A stretch of DNA of 64,000 nucleotides. Origin: Gemmatimonas aurantiaca (GTDB lineage: Bacteria > Gemmatimonadota > Gemmatimonadetes > Gemmatimonadales > Gemmatimonadaceae). Shown piece by piece: positions 60,383 to 64,000 of this stretch. Numbering within the stretch: position 1 is the first letter of the stretch; each line of letters starts with the position of its first letter. The DNA is taken from contig NZ_JBBCJO010000015.1 of assembly GCF_037190085.1 (NCBI RefSeq), forward strand, positions 3,480 to 67,479, in the 5' to 3' direction. A program made the position numbers and the translations under genes. The notes beneath the pieces are model-generated. The model saw only the letters and a program-made list of their open reading frames with translations. It was not told where the DNA came from and ran no database searches.

Positions 60383-63300
60383 CGTGATGCTCCGGGTGAG
60401 ACGTGCATATCGGCCATGTCGACAAAATGTGGTTCGATCAATGCCGCCACACGAGGCGCCAGCTCTGGGCTCGTCATGTGCGCATGCACCGATGGCAGGT
60501 CGTGCGCTTCGATCCGCGTGGCATACGGTGCCCACTCTTCCGCCACGTACGAGCCATCGCGGTGATCGAGAGCCGCGCGCAGATGCAGCAGCGTGCCATT
60601 GAAGGGTCTGTGCCGATGCTCCCGCACGAGACGGTTGTTCGACTCCACCACACGCAGCACACCGGCCAGCGCCTCGTCGGACAGCGTACCGAGGGGATGT
60701 CCGTACTGTCGCAGCAGCGCGATCACGGAAGCCAGCGAGCGGTCCGAGTCCGACATCGACACCGGATCGATCCCGGCGATCAGCAGCAGTGCATCGAGCG
60801 CCGCGTCCGGCGCCGGCACGGGCGCCGACCGCCAGTGATCGCTGGGATACGCATCGAGCAGAGCCACGAGCGCAACCGATGCGCCCGCCTCCTGCAGCTG
60901 TACCGCCATCTCCTGCGCGATGATGCCGCCCACCGACCATCCCGCAAAATGATATGGCCCGAACGGCTGCACCTCGCGAATGCGACGTACATATTCGCTG
61001 GCCATCTGTTCGAGACTCGCCGGACGTGCCTCGCCGAGCAGGTCGGCCTGCACCCCATAGGTGGCACGATGTCCCGACAATGCACGCCCGAGTGCCGCGT
61101 AGCACCAGGAAATGCCACCGGCCGGGTGAATGCAGAAGAGTGGCGGGACCTCTGCGCCGGACGACTCCCCATGCGGACGGTCGGCAAGCCGCACCAGTGC
61201 GCCGAGCCCTTCCGATTGAGTGCGTGCCGTCGTGGCTTGCTCCATGTAACCGTCCAGATAGCTCGCGAAGCGCGCGATCGTGGGATTGGCAAAAAGCGCG
61301 CCGATGCCGGCTTTCACGCCCCATTCACCACGCACGCGCAACATGCAGCGCGCCGCCAGGAGCGAGTGTCCACCGAGCAGAAAAAAATCGTCATCGGCGC
61401 GCAGGGTGACTGCGTCGATCTGCAACAGATCCGCGAACAACGCGGCCACACGCCGCTCGCTGTCCGTTACTGCCGCGCGCCCGGATCCGGCACTCTGCTC
61501 CGGCATCGGCAGGGCTTTGCGATCGAGCTTGCCGCTGGAAGTCAGCGGAACGGCATCGAGCAGCATCACATGCGCCGGCACCATCGTCTCGGGCAACCGT
61601 CGCTGCAATTCGGCGCGGAGGCGGACGCCTTCGGCGGCTTTTGCCTCCGCGGTCTGCACCGCACTCGATGCCGGAACGATATAGGCCACCAGACGTATCT
61701 CCCCGTCCGGCATGGTCCGCGCCACCACGTGCGCCTGGGCGTACGCGCCCGCGGCCAGGATCGCCGATTCGATCTCCCCCGGCTCGATGCGCACCCCACG
61801 GATCTTCACCTGCTGATCCGAACGACCGAGGTAGGTGAGCGCTCCATCCGTCCGCCAGGCGGCACGATCACCGGTGAGATACATCCGGGTGCCCGGCACG
61901 AATGGATTGGCGATGAAACGCTCGGCGGTGAACTCGGGGCGGTTGAGATACCCGCGCGCGAGCTGCACGCCGGCGATGTAGAGATCACCGGCCACACCCG
62001 GCGGCAGCGCACGCAATCGGCGGTCGAGCACGTACATCGCGGTGTTCCACACGGGGAAGCCGATGGGCACCGGATCGGTGCGATCATCGCGGCTCGCCGA
62101 CCACCAGGTCACGTCGACGGCGGCCTCCGTCGGTCCGTAGAGATTGTGCAGTTCGGCGTCGTAACACACGTGAAAGCGATCCCGCAGTTCCGACGGGAGC
62201 GCCTCGCCGCTGCAGAACACCTGGCGCAGAGACGACGCAACGCGTCCTGCGCCCTCGGCGTGTTCGGCCAGGAACGCCGCGAGCATGGAGGGCACGAAGT
62301 GCATCACCGTGATCGCATCCTCGTCGATGATCCGGGACAGCCATGCGGGATCACGGTGCGCGGACGGAGACGCCATGACCAGCAGGGCGCCGGCGACGAA
62401 CGGCAGGAACAGCTCCCACACCGACACATCGAACGTCACGGGCGTCTTCTGGAGAATCCGGTCCCGTGCGCCGATGCCATAGTGTTCGCGCATCCACACG
62501 AGACGATTCACGATGGCCGCGTGCTCCACCACCACGCCCTTTGGAATGCCCGTCGACCCCGATGTGAAGATCACGTAGGCCGCGGTATCGGGTGTGGGGC
62601 GCTCCGGCTCGACGGCGGCCGACGAAGCGGATGCGCCGGTTGCCGAGGTGCCGGGACCGGACAGCATACCCTGCTCGATCATGTACATCGGCAGTGCCAC
62701 CGGCAGTGGCATGCCGAACGCCGCACTCACGATCCCCAGTCGCGGCCGCGCTTCGGCGATCATCACGGCAATCCGTTCGGCCGGCTGATCGGCCTCGATG
62801 GGCATGTAGGCTGCCCCCGCCCGCATCACACCGAGCAGCGCCACCGCCAGATCGCAGGAACGCGGAACGGCTACCGCCACGACATCGCCACGCCGCACAC
62901 CCGCGGCCGCCAGGGACGTCGCCACACCCATCGACTGCGCATCCAGCTCCGCATACGAAAGGGGGCGCCCCTCGGCCCGCACCGCCGGGGCATCGGGCGT
63001 GCGCCGCATCATGGCTTCGATGAGATCGAGCAATGTCCCGTCGGGCACGGCATGTGACGTGGCATTGACCGCCTCCACCCACTGATGCTGCTCCGCCTCC
63101 GTCACGGTAGGCACCGACTCCAGCGAGTGTGCCTGGACGGCCTTCGTGAGAAACGTGGAGAGTCGCACCAGATGAGCGTCGATCTCCGCTGGTGTATACC
63201 GCAGGGGATTGGCTTCGAATTCGAGGCGAGCGTCCCGGCGATCGTGTCCGTCCTGCTCACGCTGCTCCGCACCGCCGCGTACGGCGATCGACAGATCGTC

Positions 63301-64000
63301 CACCGGCCCGGTGCCCAACACCACGTGTCGGCTCTCCACGCCGGGAAACGTCACCGCTTCCTCGAAGGGCAGCACATTCACGATGGGTCCGTGCACATGC
63401 CGGTCACCGCCCACCAGATGCAGATCGCGACGCAACTGTTCGCTGCGATAGCGCCCGTGCCGGCGGGCCTGACGCAACTGCGCGGACACCGCGGTCACGA
63501 GATCGCGCACTGGCCCATGCTCGTCGATCGTCACGCGTATCGGCAGCACGTTCATGACCATGGCCGGCACCCGCGCCGCGGCGGTGCCGAGGCGACCCAT
63601 GTACGGAGCACCAATGACCATCTCGTCACCATCGGTATGCCTGGCGAGATAGGCGGCGATGAGCGTGACGAGCACATCGGGCCATGGCACATCGATGTCG
63701 CGGGCCATCTCTTCCACCGACGCGACCAGTCCCGCCGGCAGCGGAGCGGACGCCATGTAGGCCGCCCGAGCCGGTGGTGCATGCGACGGCGAGAGCGTGA
63801 CGAGCTCCGGCGCGCGTGTGAACTGTTCGTGCCAGTAACGCCGATCGCGCTCACGCAATGACGAAGTACGATAGTGCGCGTCTTCTGTCTGCACGGCCGC
63901 GGGATCACCCAACGGCACGCCACACGGTCCGTTTGCGGCGTACACGTCGCACATGCGCCGCATCAGCAGCAATGTGCCATACCCGTCGATCAGGATGTGA
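60379..64000 (-). CDS. entF: EntF-like non-ribosomal peptide synthetase, C-A-T-TE (N-terminus beyond window)
   Basis: The frame stays open to nt 64000, where the C-domain His motif is read (HILIDGYG). A-domain motifs AYVIFTSGSTGIPKG, NLYGPTE, YLTGD, KIRGVRIEPGEIE and SSGKLDRKAL. Carrier motif FFLLGGHSLLA. Thioesterase GWSVGG. Confidence 0.9.
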   Translation of the reverse strand, partial: HILIDGYGTLLLMRRMCDVYAANGPCGVPLGDPAAVQTEDAHYRTSSLRERDRRYWHEQFTRAPELVTLSPSHAPPARAAYMASAPLPAGLVASVEEMARDIDVPWPDVLVTLIAAYLARHTDGDEMVIGAPYMGRLGTAAARVPAMVMNVLPIRVTIDEHGPVRDLVTAVSAQLRQARRHGRYRSEQLRRDLHLVGGDRHVHGPIVNVLPFEEAVTFPGVESRHVVLGTGPVDDLSIAVRGGAEQREQDGHDRRDARLEFEANPLRYTPAEIDAHLVRLSTFLTKAVQAHSLESVPTVTEAEQHQWVEAVNATSHAVPDGTLLDLIEAMMRRTPDAPAVRAEGRPLSYAELDAQSMGVATSLAAAGVRRGDVVAVAVPRSCDLAVALLGVMRAGAAYMPIEADQPAERIAVMIAEARPRLGIVSAAFGMPLPVALPMYMIEQGMLSGPGTSATGASASSAAVEPERPTPDTAAYVIFTSGSTGIPKGVVVEHAAIVNRLVWMREHYGIGARDRILQKTPVTFDVSVWELFLPFVAGALLVMASPSAHRDPAWLSRIIDEDAITVMHFVPSMLAAFLAEHAEGAGRVASSLRQVFCSGEALPSELRDRFHVCYDAELHNLYGPTEAAVDVTWWSASRDDRTDPVPIGFPVWNTAMYVLDRRLRALPPGVAGDLYIAGVQLARGYLNRPEFTAERFIANPFVPGTRMYLTGDRAAWRTDGALTYLGRSDQQVKIRGVRIEPGEIESAILAAGAYAQAHVVARTMPDGEIRLVAYIVPASSAVQTAEAKAAEGVRLRAELQRRLPETMVPAHVMLLDAVPLTSSGKLDRKALPMPEQSAGSGRAAVTDSERRVAALFADLLQIDAVTLRADDDFFLLGGHSLLAARCMLRVRGEWGVKAGIGALFANPTIARFASYLDGYMEQATTARTQSEGLGALVRLADRPHGESSGAEVPPLFCIHPAGGISWCYAALGRALSGHRATYGVQADLLGEARPASLEQMASEYVRRIREVQPFGPYHFAGWSVGGIIAQEMAVQLQEAGASVALVALLDAYPSDHWRSAPVPAPDAALDALLLIAGIDPVSMSDSDRSLASVIALLRQYGHPLGTLSDEALAGVLRVVESNNRLVREHRHRPFNGTLLHLRAALDHRDGSYVAEEWAPYATRIEAHDLPSVHAHMTSPELAPRVAALIEPHFVDMADMHVSPGASR

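Noticed and set aside
60383-61324. N-terminal 313 aa of the 572-aa ORF containing the EntA-like gene.
   Set aside because: It overlaps the NRPS thioesterase/carrier coding region in another frame. The SDR homology begins at the ATG at 60382, which overlaps the NRPS stop.

Overview
This is a high-GC bacterial chromosomal segment. Hand-counted 60-nt lines are mostly 62-72% GC. It is densely coding on both strands, with about 45 genes. Reading both strands, I found no rRNA, tRNA, CRISPR array, transposase or integrase. Most long ORFs in the track that run antisense to the genes below are high-GC artefacts.

Gene content in order:
- A SusC/SusD-like outer-membrane pair followed by a Tat-exported PhoD phosphatase.
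- A recC-recB-recD operon on the minus strand with 4-nt ATGA overlaps, preceded by an M20 amidohydrolase.
- A Kir-like channel, an NhaP antiporter, a PQQ-propeller lipoprotein and an OYE flavoenzyme.
- An EVE-domain gene paired with a degenerate zinc-ribbon gene.
- Two beta-lactamase-fold serine hydrolases.
- An SDR / HIBADH-like / IlvD-Edd dehydratase operon.
- A hybrid histidine kinase, OmpW and a dienelactone hydrolase.
- A second SusC/SusD/DUF4397 locus.
- hldD, an amino-acid ABC transporter with a fused binding-protein/permease, and divergent glgA/glgC.
- An NMO-family enzyme, PepP plus an S9 peptidase, a conserved CxxCH protein and an EEP phosphoesterase.
- At the right edge, a catecholate-siderophore module: DAHP synthase, EntA/DhbA-like dehydrogenase and an EntF-like C-A-T-TE NRPS that runs off the window.

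SusC/SusD pairs and DUF4397 in a high-GC background suggest Gemmatimonadota or a similar lineage. This is inference only.

The most unusual items are:
1. A roughly 1.2-kb islet of lower GC and atypical codon usage (33.4-34.65 kb). It encodes a membrane-anchored DsbA-like oxidoreductase and an 8-Cys secreted mini-protein.
2. The siderophore NRPS, which has a serine-type specificity signature and a dedicated DAHP synthase.
3. A Kir-like channel lacking the GYG filter.
4. Two elaborate non-coding palindromic elements, at 5.46-5.58 kb and 21.1-21.36 kb.

I do not see a clear-cut, self-evident novel multi-gene system. The candidates are ranked with that caveat.
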